NCBI GenBank assembly: GCA_022823085.1
Contig: JAJDXV010000098.1
Location: 8,828-72,827 of the forward strand
Reading direction: 5' to 3'
Length of the DNA stretch: 64,000 nt
Source of the DNA: Candidatus Poribacteria bacterium
Lineage (GTDB): Bacteria; Poribacteria; WGA-4E; WGA-3G
The notes beneath the pieces were generated by a model. That model saw only the letters and a list, made by a program, of their open reading frames with translations, had not been told where the DNA came from and searched no databases. Positions 1 through 9,644 of this stretch are shown in pieces (within the stretch, counting starts at the first letter, position 1; each line of letters begins with the position of its first letter). Both the position numbers and the translations under genes were made by a program.

Positions 1-431
1 AGGGCATATTTACTGGAGAACCGATTTTGGAGACGCAGATTGAGTTTGGTATAGATACGGGGACTGTGAAGTTTCGTGCGTAGGTAGGGCGGGTAGGCAT
101 AGGTGCAGATGCCGTCTCGGATACGCGCCTCTGCTAAGAGACTGGCGACCCCCCATTCTTCGACTTTGTCTTTGTCAAGAAGGTTCCATTCCACCTCACA
201 GGAACGAAGCGACCGTAACATCTCTTTGAGATACTCTTGATTGCCATCGCCGAAACCGAGTTTCGCTGCGAGTTCGCCGACGCTGATGCTGTGGATCTCT
301 TTGTTAGGGAGTTCATTATAGGCGTTGGCGAGTAGGACGTTCCACGCCCGCCTTTGTAGGAGCGTCATTTTGCTCTGGACTTGAATCGCCGGACTGGCTT
401 TGATAACTTCGTTAATGTTCGCTAAATTCAT
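1..431 (-). CDS. Iteron-type plasmid replication initiator (Rep), N-terminal 143 codons only; the gene continues past the left window edge
   Basis: Minus-strand ATG at 431..429 sits behind GAGGTGG. The translation MNLANINEVIKASPAIQVQSKMTLLQRRAWNVLLANAYNELP... is a close paralogue of the N-terminus of the complete ORF 7338..8651. Iterons lie directly upstream. Confidence 0.8.
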   Translation of the reverse strand, partial: MNLANINEVIKASPAIQVQSKMTLLQRRAWNVLLANAYNELPNKEIHSISVGELAAKLGFGDGNQEYLKEMLRSLRSCEVEWNLLDKDKVEEWGVASLLAEARIRDGICTYAYPPYLRTKLHSPRIYTKLNLRLQNRFSSKYA

Positions 432-495
432 GAATCTTGCCACCTCTGGATTTTTGTTTATATTCTACCATAAAAGTATAAGTTTTTTCAAATTT

Positions 496-697
496 TCTAT
501 ACCTTTAGCGATATAAACCTATACCTTAAACCCCAAGAATCCGATCTATTGCCGCTGATGTGCCCGCCTATACGTAGGGGTTCAGAGGGTTCGATATAAA
601 CCTATGCCTTACCTATATAAACACTTACCTTTACGATATAAACCTATGCCTTTACGATATAAACCTATGCCTTTAGCGATATAAACCTATGCCTTAA
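496..697. repeat. Iteron array 1: ~21-bp direct repeats CGATATAAACCTATGCCTTTA (509-528, 592-611, degenerate 613-633, 634-654, 655-675, 677-697)
   Basis: Read directly. The last four copies are head-to-tail with a 21-22 bp period, immediately upstream of the rep start. Confidence 0.85.
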
Positions 698-735
698 AGT
701 CTGGAAACGTAGGTGTAGCGTGGGCTGGTGGCACC

Positions 736-780
736 CTTAAAACATTTAAAAGTATATATTAAAATAGTTAAACAACAATT
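736..780. promoter_or_regulatory. AT-rich stretch next to the iterons; putative DNA-unwinding element of a plasmid origin
   Basis: The sequence TTAAAACATTTAAAAGTATATATTAAAATAGTTAAACAACAATT is conserved in all three ori copies (also ~8874-8918, and in reverse orientation ~39008-39052). Confidence 0.4.
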
Positions 781-1070
781 GGGGGTTTCAGGTTTTTTGG
801 GAAAGGGCAGGACTCTCTTTAAATTGTTGTTCAACGATAAAAAAATAAAAAAGAAACTGCGCGGGCGTATCACTGGTGGGCGGTGGTTCTAATTTGTATA
901 CGTACTGTGGGTCTGTGTCAAAGTCTATGGAGATTTAAAAGTCTTCGGAGGTTTTACCACAGGGACGTGATTTCAAAGGCGTTGTAGAGCATTTGGCGCA
1001 CAGGCAGATATTTGTTTGCGACTCTCTGTAACCTGCCTGGATCTCTAACGTTTTATCTCAGTGATTGATT

Positions 1071-1150
1071 GCTGGCATGCTGGCACGCTGGCGTGATGGT
1101 ATACTGGTTTGCTGTCACGCGGGTATGCTGGTTTGCTGGCGTGATGGCAT
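1071..1150. repeat. Ten consecutive 8-bp units (GCTGGCAT GCTGGCAC GCTGGCGT GATGGTAT ACTGGTTT GCTGTCAC GCGGGTAT GCTGGTTT GCTGGCGT GATGGCAT); candidate par centromere/operator
   Basis: Strict 8-bp periodicity read directly. The array ends 18 bp before the parA start codon. Confidence 0.6.
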
Positions 1151-1168
1151 GTATACATGGAGGTTTTT

Positions 1169-1792
1169 ATGAAGACGTTAGCGATTCTCTCTCGGAAGGG
1201 TGGGAGTGGGAAAAGTACTTTTGCGGTGCACCTTGCGGTTGCCGCGGAGAAGGCGGGGCATACGGCTGCGTTGATTGATCTGGATCCGCAGGCGTCGGCG
1301 GTGAAGTGGAGTCGGCGGCGCGAAGGGGATTCACCGGTGGTTATCTCGGCGCACTCGACGCTATTGGCGCAGGTCTTGGAGACGGCTGAAGCGGGGGGTG
1401 TGTCTTTTTGTGTTTTGGATACGTCTCCGCATTCGGAGTCGGCGGCTTTGGATGCTGCGAGGGTTTCGGATCTGGCGGTGATTCCGTCGCGACCGGCGAT
1501 TTTTGATTTGGAGGCTGTCGGTGATACGATCCAGATTGCGAATATGGCGAAGGTGCCGATCCGGGTTGTTTTGAATGGTGTCAAGCCGTCGGGGAGTGTT
1601 GTTCTCAAGGCGAGAAAGGCGTTGGAAATGTATGATGTGCCGTGCGCACCGTGTACGCTGGGGGATCGTGTGGCGTTCTCGTATTCAGTTGTCGATGGTG
1701 TAACCGCTCAGGAATACGAACCGACGGGGAAGGCGAGTCGAGAGGTTGGGGCTTTATACAAATATTTATCGAGAGAATTGGAGGGTGTGTAG
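1169..1792 (+). CDS. parA: ParA-family partition ATPase
   Basis: Deviant Walker A motif in MKTLAILSRKGGSGKSTFAVHLA, followed by LIDLDPQASA. The start was moved to the ATG at 1169, which lies behind GGAGG. Confidence 0.85.
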   Translation: MKTLAILSRKGGSGKSTFAVHLAVAAEKAGHTAALIDLDPQASAVKWSRRREGDSPVVISAHSTLLAQVLETAEAGGVSFCVLDTSPHSESAALDAARVSDLAVIPSRPAIFDLEAVGDTIQIANMAKVPIRVVLNGVKPSGSVVLKARKALEMYDVPCAPCTLGDRVAFSYSVVDGVTAQEYEPTGKASREVGALYKYLSRELEGV

Positions 1793-1793
1793 T

Positions 1794-2072
1794 ATGTCGG
1801 GACCGAAAACGGATTTAAAAGATGCTTTACAGCGGAGCGGTGGTAAGTTGCCTGCCTCGGAACGGGAGGTTCAGGAAAATGGAGCGTCTCCTGGGCTGCG
1901 TCAACAGAGTGCGTCTCGGATGGGGAAAAAGCCTGTGACGGTGTATTATGAAAAGGCGGCGCATTTGCAGTTGAAAGTTTTGGCTGCGGAGCTGGAGACG
2001 ACGATTCAGGGGCTGCACGAGGAGGCTTTGAATGGGTTGTTTGAGAAGCACGGTAAGCCGCCGATTGCGTAA
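1794..2072 (+). CDS. Small ribbon-helix-helix-type partner of ParA (ParG/CopG-like), putative centromere-binding protein
   Basis: 92 aa, 2 nt after the parA stop. It has a disordered basic N-terminus, then KKPVTVYYEKAAHLQLKVLAAELETTIQGLHEEAL (beta-strand plus two helices, RHH pattern). Confidence 0.55.
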   Translation: MSGPKTDLKDALQRSGGKLPASEREVQENGASPGLRQQSASRMGKKPVTVYYEKAAHLQLKVLAAELETTIQGLHEEALNGLFEKHGKPPIA

Positions 2073-2192
2073 TAGCAGTTAGGGCGTTTCGCTGTGCTCC
2101 ACTCTCAGTAGTTAGGGCGTTTTGCTACGCTTCGTGCCTCTTGCTGTCGACTGCGGCGTGAATTTATGACACATGGGAAGCTTTGATAGACT

Positions 2193-2624
2193 ATGAAACA
2201 TCATCTTGCAATTCTAATACCCATTTGGATAGAATTGATTCTTGACGGGAGTAAGACAATCGGATGTTGGTTCACCAAAATTCGATGTGCGCCCTATGGC
2301 AAAGTCAATACAGGTGACGTCATTTATATGAAAGAGAGTGGCGGTCTTGTTAAGGGCATGTTTACGGTTTCCGAAGTGAAAACCCTGGATATCTATGCGA
2401 ATTATGGTCAGCAGATGTTTGGCATGCGTCATTTTTCTCAGGAGTGGGATGCGTTTTATAAATCGGGGTTGTTAGCTGAAGAGTTGAAGAAATGGGATGC
2501 TTCAAATTACGCAACATTCCTTCATATTGAAAACCCAATTGTTTTTTCCAAACCGTTTGCGTATCCGAAAAAAGACCCGCGGGCGTGGGTTGTTCTTGAT
2601 GCCCCGCTTCGGGTTTCTGAGTGA
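2193..2624 (+). CDS. ASCH/PUA-like domain protein
   Basis: 143 aa. The pattern ...ELILDGSKTIGCWFTK...GDVIYMKESGG.VKGMFTVSEV... resembles the ASCH fold signature. Confidence 0.4.
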   Translation: MKHHLAILIPIWIELILDGSKTIGCWFTKIRCAPYGKVNTGDVIYMKESGGLVKGMFTVSEVKTLDIYANYGQQMFGMRHFSQEWDAFYKSGLLAEELKKWDASNYATFLHIENPIVFSKPFAYPKKDPRAWVVLDAPLRVSE

Positions 2625-2697
2625 ATACATAGGAGAAGTCCCAGAAATACGTTCTGAGGGCATTCTCGCAAACTTTTTTCCAAGGAGAAGAAAGTAA

Positions 2698-3075
2698 GTG
2701 ATGAATAATACATTTACAAAAACCCTGTCTGACTTGCCTGAATATGAACAAGAGTTTGCAAAGGCTATCATTGATATTGTTGAGAGTAGACATAAAATGT
2801 ATGTTCGTGATCGTAATAACTTGGGAGAAGATATTCCGTTGGAAAACATACACTTCGGTGTAGAAAATTTCGAGAATAATATAGGCATACCTATATTGCA
2901 AGAGATAGCTAAAAGACGCGGGAACCATAGCGGGAAATTGGAGGGAACAGCCCGACACATGTTAGGCGTATACTGCCGGATCGGTGAAATAGAACCGGAT
3001 CAAGGATCTTATACACTTACTAAGCATGGGGAATTATACAAGCGTTTAGGAAAAAAATTAGCGAGTACACTATGA
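2698..3075 (+). CDS. Hypothetical protein, translationally coupled to the recombinase
   Basis: 125-aa ORF whose stop overlaps the next ATG (ATGA). No recognisable motifs. Confidence 0.4.
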   Translation: MMNNTFTKTLSDLPEYEQEFAKAIIDIVESRHKMYVRDRNNLGEDIPLENIHFGVENFENNIGIPILQEIAKRRGNHSGKLEGTARHMLGVYCRIGEIEPDQGSYTLTKHGELYKRLGKKLASTL

Positions 3076-3812
3076 AAGGTACAAGACCTCTTGATAATCA
3101 AGAAATCAGATTAGTCTCGGCGTGCTTTGACGGTAAGTTTGAGTCGCGCAATCGCGGGCTTTTCATGCTTGGGGTTTCCACCGGTGGTCGTATCAGCGAA
3201 TTGCTAAGCCTACAGATCGGGGATGTCTGGCAAAATAAGAGAGCCGTCGGCGACCTGCTTTTTGATAAATCCGTTGTCAAGGGTGGCGAGGTATCGAGAG
3301 CCGTGCCGGTGAATTCAGACGGCAGACGCGCCATAGCGGATATTATTGCTTGGCATCGTGCGGCATACAACACTACCCATAAAAGTCGTCCGCTGTTCCC
3401 ATCGCGTAACGGACAAGGCACGAAACGGATGTCTCGCCGTACCGCGCACAACGTTTTAAAAGCTGCTTTTGAGGCAGCTGGGCTGAACGGGCATCTTGCG
3501 ACACATTCCCTGCGGAAATCGTTTGCGCAACGTCTCTACGATCGCACCGGTGATATTTTCGCTGTCCAAGAGATGTTGGGGCATAAGAGTGTCGCGACAA
3601 CGCAGAAATACTTGGGTGTCAACTATGCGACTGTGCGTGAGGCGTTAGAGGAAATGTCCTTGGATTCTGAACTGCACGAAAGAGGTATTTTGGGCAGTTC
3701 GCTAAAAACAACCGCAGACGAAACGCTGTTCTTGGAGCTCGCACTGCGGGGTTACGACTTATCGCGGTTGCGTGATAACGATACAACTGGTGAGATTATC
3801 AAAATATCCTGA
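3072..3812 (+). CDS. Tyrosine recombinase/integrase (catalytic domain only)
   Basis: GGRISELLSL..., HSLRKSFAQRLY and LGHKSVATTQKYLG give the R..HxxR..Y pattern of phage-integrase-family enzymes. Confidence 0.8.
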   Translation: MKGTRPLDNQEIRLVSACFDGKFESRNRGLFMLGVSTGGRISELLSLQIGDVWQNKRAVGDLLFDKSVVKGGEVSRAVPVNSDGRRAIADIIAWHRAAYNTTHKSRPLFPSRNGQGTKRMSRRTAHNVLKAAFEAAGLNGHLATHSLRKSFAQRLYDRTGDIFAVQEMLGHKSVATTQKYLGVNYATVREALEEMSLDSELHERGILGSSLKTTADETLFLELALRGYDLSRLRDNDTTGEIIKIS

Positions 3813-3884
3813 CAAAAACGATGTGTTTTTTTGACTGCCCCATCTGTACGATAGTAATTGAAACATATTTTGGAGGTAAACATA

Positions 3885-4544
3885 ATGAGTACTCAAAACG
3901 AAGTAGATGAACAGTTGTGTAAGATTATCACTTTTAACGGACAAGGGTGTTCGGGGAAATCAACGCAATCAGAACTGCTTGCCAAATCAGATAAGGAAAA
4001 GTATAAACTCATTCATAGTTATGAACTTCGGAGGAACTTCAGAGATAATCTTTATAAAGAACTGGGGAGTATGAATACATGTATCAAATACTTAGATGAG
4101 AATAGGACTTGTAAGACGCTATACCAAGTGGAGGTTATCGGAATTCCAACGCTCGCTTGGTTGACGGCTTATTTTTACAAGGAAGTCAAACCGCGCATGT
4201 CAGAAGGTTCCATTGTTGTTTTAGATCACTATCTTGGAGATTATTATGTCGATATGTTAGCCGGTGTTGATATTGAAAAATTTCGATGCTTCGTTCGGGA
4301 ATATTTGGCTATACCTGACTTTGATCAAGGTATTCATTTCTATCTTGATATTGATTATGATACCTATCAAAATAGGTGGTACAAGCGCGAAGGAACAGAT
4401 CCTCCAGTGACTTCAGGTCTTTTTAAAGAACGTCGTAGACGCTATCTGGAACTTTATAAGAAAGGGTATCTGAAATGTATTAATGCTACTGGTACGAGTA
4501 AGGAGAGGGTTGCTGAGGAGATACGAAAAAAATTATCTCAGTGA
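3885..4544 (+). CDS. P-loop nucleotide/nucleoside kinase-like protein (dTMP-kinase-like)
   Basis: P-loop in ITFNGQGCSGKSTQSELLAK. ATG at 3885 lies behind GGAGG. Confidence 0.5.
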   Translation: MSTQNEVDEQLCKIITFNGQGCSGKSTQSELLAKSDKEKYKLIHSYELRRNFRDNLYKELGSMNTCIKYLDENRTCKTLYQVEVIGIPTLAWLTAYFYKEVKPRMSEGSIVVLDHYLGDYYVDMLAGVDIEKFRCFVREYLAIPDFDQGIHFYLDIDYDTYQNRWYKREGTDPPVTSGLFKERRRRYLELYKKGYLKCINATGTSKERVAEEIRKKLSQ

Positions 4545-4559
4545 ATACTATCTGGAGTT

Positions 4560-4817
4560 TCAAAGCTGCTTGTCAAAATGATTGAGTTGATTTTCTATTG
4601 GCGGGGCTGACGGCGATCTCCACGATTGAATTGAGGTGAGGTATTGCATCTCGGCTTCAATGATTTCCTTCCCTGTTCCCTCGCTTCCGGGTGCGCTGGA
4701 GTGCTTCCACTTCTCGATCAGCGTTTTCCATGCATCCGATTGGAGATACCGACGGTAGCGTTCCCTTGCTTCTTTTCCCCAATACTTTTGCGCCCAGCGC
4801 ATTTGATACCACTTCAT
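4560..4817 (-). CDS. Hypothetical small protein
   Basis: 85-aa ORF, Trp/Arg/Lys-rich, no recognisable motifs. Confidence 0.25.
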   Translation of the reverse strand: MKWYQMRWAQKYWGKEARERYRRYLQSDAWKTLIEKWKHSSAPGSEGTGKEIIEAEMQYLTSIQSWRSPSAPPIENQLNHFDKQL

Positions 4818-4861
4818 GAAATAAGTCCTTTTTGAATCCTAAACGCCGATTGCGCTCTGCT

Positions 4862-5995
4862 TCAGTATGATGGATTGAGTAGGGCTTCCCAATACCGCAA
4901 ATGTGTTTCTTTGATTTCTGCTTTCTGTTGAAAATCTAACTGAAGATTTTTCGAGTAACCTTCTAAAAAAAGTTGGGGACCACTTAACAATCGCAGATAA
5001 TATTTCAATGAAGGAAGAATACCGTTGACAATCACCTCGCACCCGTGCTGTTTGTGAATTTCACTTACTAAGTTGTTTACTGAATCTACATCTTCAACAT
5101 TTGGCTCTGCTGTGGTGAGGAGATAGTACCGAGAAACAGGGGTCTGTGCGAATTTTTGATAGGCATCTTCAACAAGTCCCAAGGAAATGGGGATGTTATG
5201 TTTGATTTCGACGCCCTCAAAAAAACTATTGTTGTGCATGACCTCGATATCTCCGATTGCGCGTATGCCATGAGATTTGGTATCTGCTGTGGTATGGCTC
5301 TTCAATGGCGAGAGTGTTTTCCCTTCATAGCGCTGAATCTCCATCAGCAGCTCATAAGCGGAATAAACAGCCAATACTGGTAGCCGTGAAGCACCCGCAA
5401 CGCCATAGTCGTGCGAAAAGTGGCGGCTGAGAAGATCTACTATTTTTTGAATCGTTACGGTCTCTGTGTGTTGTGTTTCTTTTAGAAAGTCGAAGCGTAT
5501 CTGTGATCCTTCCATCAAGGTAATTAGGGCAGAAAAAATCGCTCGGAGATATTTTTTCGGATCGGCTTTATTTTCTTCAATGTCGTTGAGAATTTGAAGA
5601 AAGGCATTTTTCACGGTTTTATTACGAATCTTACCCTCATAGTCTAATGTGTAAGGGTAAGGCTGCTCAAGAGAGCGGGTCAACCATCCACTTTCTGCCA
5701 TAGCAAACCGTCTAAATTTCTCTTTCATGAAGGGGGTTATATGATCTGTGTCTAAGCCTCTGCCTGAATAACCATTTGGGAGTTCTTTTTGATGATAGCG
5801 GACATCTTGGGTCGGGGTCTCAATTTTTTTGACGAGCGATGTAATCAGGACGGTCAGAACGGCTCTAAAGGATTCGGCTTTTTCGATGATGGTGTTAACC
5901 CAACGTTCCTGGCTTTGGGAGAGAGCAGAATAGGCAGTATCGCTTGATTCTGCGAGTTGATAGGTATCTTCTAAAATTGAACGGATTTGGTTCAT
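4862..5995 (-). CDS. Putative type II restriction endonuclease (by context)
   Basis: Lies 9 bp downstream of the methyltransferase gene on the same strand. Contains a PD-(D/E)xK-like string, IGDIEVMHNNSFFEGVEIKHN. Confidence 0.45.
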   Translation of the reverse strand: MNQIRSILEDTYQLAESSDTAYSALSQSQERWVNTIIEKAESFRAVLTVLITSLVKKIETPTQDVRYHQKELPNGYSGRGLDTDHITPFMKEKFRRFAMAESGWLTRSLEQPYPYTLDYEGKIRNKTVKNAFLQILNDIEENKADPKKYLRAIFSALITLMEGSQIRFDFLKETQHTETVTIQKIVDLLSRHFSHDYGVAGASRLPVLAVYSAYELLMEIQRYEGKTLSPLKSHTTADTKSHGIRAIGDIEVMHNNSFFEGVEIKHNIPISLGLVEDAYQKFAQTPVSRYYLLTTAEPNVEDVDSVNNLVSEIHKQHGCEVIVNGILPSLKYYLRLLSGPQLFLEGYSKNLQLDFQQKAEIKETHLRYWEALLNPSY

Positions 5996-6004
5996 GAATT
6001 CGCC

Positions 6005-7126
6005 TCAAATCTCAAAGAGGTGCTGCTGCGACACACCCGGCGTTTGTAGGACACGCTGTCGGGCATCTTCACAGTATTCGGCATTAATATCATAGCCGAT
6101 ATAATGCCTTCCGAGTTTTTTGCAAGCAACTGCGGTTGAGCCGGAACCTATAAATGGATCGAGGACCACTGCACCGGTGGGTGTGAGGAGATGTAAGAAT
6201 TCTTCTACGACTTCTACGGGATAGATGGCTGGGTGTTTATTCCCCTTAAGGGTCGCAACGGGTGTTTCAATCACATCGGATGTTTCGATCAGATCATCGG
6301 TTTTAATTACATCTCGTTTGAGTTTGTTGCCGTGAATCCGAATGATTGTAAACCCTTTATTTCTGAGCTGCGATGTGCGCCCGCCTTCTTGTCCACCGAA
6401 TGGCGCAGCGTGGATGCCGCGTATTTTCATCCGAAAACTATGGATTTTCCCGCTTTTTGCCTCTTGAATCACTTGTGTTAATTCTGTCCGTGCGAGGGTT
6501 TTTTCTGCGTCGGAGAGATCGGATTTATCGATCAGTTGAAAATATTTCTGCCCGACAGTGGTGCCATTTTTTTTCTTTCGGGGCTGCGGGGCATGGGTTT
6601 TTGCGAGGAAGGCTTTGGGGTTGTAGAAATAGCGGTCTGATTTGGCAAAATGGAAGAAGGGTTCTGTACTACTGACGAGGCGGCGACTGAACTGACGAGG
6701 CGTTGGATTCTTTTTGACCCATGTAATTTCATTTACGAGTCTAACTCCGCCTGTATCCATCGCTGCGAGCGCAAAACGATAGGGAACCAGAAGTAAATTG
6801 CTGTTCTGATATTTATCGCCGATATTGAACACGATATTGCCATCATCCGCCAGAACACGGACGCATTCTCGGAAAAGACAAAGTAGGATGTCGATGTACG
6901 CATTAACATTCTTTTCATTTCCCATACCGCTGCCGTAATTGCGTTGCTGAAAGTAAGGGGGTGAGGTAATAACCAATTGGATACTACGATCGGGTAATTG
7001 CTGAATAAGTTCGAGATTATCCCCACACAGGATTTGATCAATGGGTACGCCATTATCGGTAGCGCGCATACTTGAAACTCCTTTCCTGGCAGCGTCTGTA
7101 ACGGTAGCGTCTGCTATTTTTGTCAT
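6005..7126 (-). CDS. DNA methyltransferase, beta-class (N4-C or N6-A)
   Basis: Motif IV ITSPPYFQQRNYG precedes motif I LDPFIGSGSTAVACKKLGRHYIGYDIN. Confidence 0.85.
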   Translation of the reverse strand: MTKIADATVTDAARKGVSSMRATDNGVPIDQILCGDNLELIQQLPDRSIQLVITSPPYFQQRNYGSGMGNEKNVNAYIDILLCLFRECVRVLADDGNIVFNIGDKYQNSNLLLVPYRFALAAMDTGGVRLVNEITWVKKNPTPRQFSRRLVSSTEPFFHFAKSDRYFYNPKAFLAKTHAPQPRKKKNGTTVGQKYFQLIDKSDLSDAEKTLARTELTQVIQEAKSGKIHSFRMKIRGIHAAPFGGQEGGRTSQLRNKGFTIIRIHGNKLKRDVIKTDDLIETSDVIETPVATLKGNKHPAIYPVEVVEEFLHLLTPTGAVVLDPFIGSGSTAVACKKLGRHYIGYDINAEYCEDARQRVLQTPGVSQQHLFEI

Positions 7127-7337
7127 ATTGAATTCCAGTCCCAGTCTCTTTATCTCCTTGCTACAGGGGAGGGTGGCAGAGGCGGAATTGGGTTACCGCC
7201 TCGTAGCAATGCCACCCGAAACTGGTGATTAAATTATACCATAGATGCCTCGAGAACGCAACGTTTTTGTGCTGTTTCTCAGGGGATCGCGTTGGTTGGC
7301 GAAGTGGGGTATTCACAGAAAACAAGACCGGCGGAAT

Positions 7338-8651
7338 TCACAGGTACCTGGTGGATTCGGCGAGTATTTTTTCTTTTTCGTCCTCATAGGCTGTCTGTAC
7401 GGGTGCGATGAGGTCTTGGCAGAACTCTGCGGCGAGGATGGCGTTGATCTCTGCGGTGACCATGCCGCCTTTCTGGTAGGCCTCGATGGGGGATGAGTGT
7501 TCGATAAGACGTTGCCGGACGATGTAAGACTGGATCCGTTCTGCGGCAGCATCAACGAGTTCAGGGTTTGCATGGACGGCTTGCCTGAGGAGGTTTTTGC
7601 ACTTGACGTTGTATTCTTCTTCGAGTTCGGCAAGTTGCTTTTCTTTGGCTTTTTCGGCGCGCTGGGCGCGTGTTTTTTGGACTTCAGGGTCTTGATAGTT
7701 TTCTCGGATGGCTTCAACGATATAACCGGCACGATTTTTCACCGCGGCACCCGCCAGCGACATCTCAACCTTCTCGGCGATGTAGGTGAGAAAGTCGGGA
7801 TAGGTGCCGAGGGGTGGTAATTTTTCGGGGCGGATGAAGTCCCACTCGGCGGACGCGATTTTCAATGCGATTTTCCGGTCAATACCGGCTTGGAGGAGTT
7901 CAATAGCGACAAGCGGGAGGTTCTCTATATCGGGGAAGAGCGATTCCTGAACAGGGATATGTTTGACGCGCGTGATACGGAACTTGAGTTCGGCGATGCG
8001 CCGTCCGACCCGTTTTTGTTCCACCTCAACGTGGTAGTTGGTCAGGTCGTTGATCTCTTTGATGGCAGGTTTGATGACATTTCGGTTGAGTTCCTTAAAC
8101 AGTGGGTATTCATCTTTTTCGAGACCCATCAGCTCCTTAAAGATTTCAAGGGAAATGAAAGGTGTTTCGCCTTGGTCTCGGTCGGTATCGAAGTAGTCAA
8201 AACAAACTTCCCATAAAACGAGAGCGTATTTACTGGAGAACTGGTTTTGGAGCCGGAGGTTGAGTTTGGCGTAAATGCGGGGATTGTAGAGTTGTCGGCG
8301 GAGATGGGGTGCGAAGCCGTAGGTACAGATACCGTTTTCGATCTCGGCAGATGCCAAGAGCGAGGCAACGCCCCAGACCTGTTTTTTGTCTTTGTTAAGG
8401 AGATTCCATTCAACCTCACAGGAACGAAGCGACCGTAATACCTCCTTGAGGTACTCTTGATTTCCATCGCCGAAACCGAGTTTTGCGGAGAGTTCGACCA
8501 TACTGACACTATGGATGTCCTGATTTGGAAGTTCGTTGTAGGCGTTGGCGAGCAGCACGTTCCACGCTCGGCGTTGTAGGAGCGTCATTTTGCTCTGGAC
8601 TTGAATCGCCGGACTCGCTTTAATGACATCACTGATTTTTGCTAAGTTCAT
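7338..8651 (-). CDS. Iteron-type plasmid replication initiator (Rep), complete copy
   Basis: 437 aa from the ATG at 8651, which lies behind AAGGAG. It is paralogous to 1..431, with iterons directly upstream and a basic/acidic C-terminal tail. Confidence 0.75.
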   Translation of the reverse strand: MNLAKISDVIKASPAIQVQSKMTLLQRRAWNVLLANAYNELPNQDIHSVSMVELSAKLGFGDGNQEYLKEVLRSLRSCEVEWNLLNKDKKQVWGVASLLASAEIENGICTYGFAPHLRRQLYNPRIYAKLNLRLQNQFSSKYALVLWEVCFDYFDTDRDQGETPFISLEIFKELMGLEKDEYPLFKELNRNVIKPAIKEINDLTNYHVEVEQKRVGRRIAELKFRITRVKHIPVQESLFPDIENLPLVAIELLQAGIDRKIALKIASAEWDFIRPEKLPPLGTYPDFLTYIAEKVEMSLAGAAVKNRAGYIVEAIRENYQDPEVQKTRAQRAEKAKEKQLAELEEEYNVKCKNLLRQAVHANPELVDAAAERIQSYIVRQRLIEHSSPIEAYQKGGMVTAEINAILAAEFCQDLIAPVQTAYEDEKEKILAESTRYL

Positions 8652-8717
8652 GAACACGATCTCCTTGAGATATTTGCCTATATTCTAACATAAAGGCGTA
8701 TGGTCTTTCAATATAAT

Positions 8718-8833
8718 TTACACCTTTAGCGATATAAACCTACACCTTTACCACTGCTATCAGTTGGTTTCCAAAGGCTCTCTATAGACACGATATAAAC
8801 CTACACCTTTAGCGATATAAACCTACACCTTAA
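8718..8833. repeat. Iteron array 2: CGATATAAACCTACACCTTTA (8730-8750, 8791-8811, 8813-8833, plus a half-site at 8718-8729)
   Basis: Read directly. The core differs from array 1 (CCTACACC vs CCTATGCC). Confidence 0.85.
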
Positions 8834-9184
8834 AGTCTGGGAATGTAGGTGTGTCGTGGGTTGGTGGCACCCTTAAAACATTTAAAAGTATATATTAAAA
8901 TTGTTAAACAACAATTGGGGGTTTCAGGGTTCTTTGGAAAGGGTGAGCGTCTCTTTAAAGTGTTGTTTAATGATAAAGAAATAAAAAAGAAACCGCGCGG
9001 GCGTATAACTGGTAGGTGGTGTGAGGTTTGTGTCAAAGCCCATGGGGATTTAAAAATCTTCGGAGGTTTTACCACAGGGGGTTGATTTCAAAGGCGTTGT
9101 AGGGCATTTGGTGCACGGGGGATATTTGTTTGCGAATCTCTGTAACCTGCCTGGATATCTAACATTTTATCTCAGTGATTGATT

Positions 9185-9240
9185 GCTGGCATGCTGGCAC
9201 ACTGTCACGCTGGCGTGATGGCATGCTGGCATGCTGGCAT
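9185..9240. repeat. Seven consecutive 8-bp units (GCTGGCAT GCTGGCAC ACTGTCAC GCTGGCGT GATGGCAT GCTGGCAT GCTGGCAT)
   Basis: Second copy of the 8-bp periodic array. Here it is not followed by parA. Confidence 0.6.
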
Positions 9241-9644
9241 GTATACCCCGCTTGTAACTTTTTTCAGAAATTTCAGCCCCCGGCGCGTCAGAATTGTCCG
9301 TTTTGCCCGCAGAATACCACACCCAACAGACGGGAGAGAACCTGATCGAAAGGTAGTAGACACTGACACCACAAGCAGATAAGATGGCTTCTCGCGTCTT
9401 TGCTCCGTCGTCTGAGCCGACGCACCCTGATGCAGTTTCGATCGCAGAAAACGCCTTCAAAAAACGTATTAAACGTAATAATGAGAGAAAAAAACGCTAA
9501 AAACGCTAAAATAAACAGCGAAGGTGACAAAAGATGTTCTGTAACTTTCAGATAACACATTTTTACTTATCAGGTATCACGCGTGCATAATTCCCATTTC
9601 GTTATAAGTACGCTATATAGCGTTTTGGGAATTTTGCACGCGTG

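Noticed and set aside
1045-1608. 187-aa minus-strand ORF (and similar ORFs at 134..316, 7313..7732, 8129..8509, 7497..7820) overlapping parA or rep
   Set aside because: These are antisense shadow ORFs of genes with clear motifs on the other strand. They have low-complexity Ser/Pro/Arg-rich translations and no RBS.
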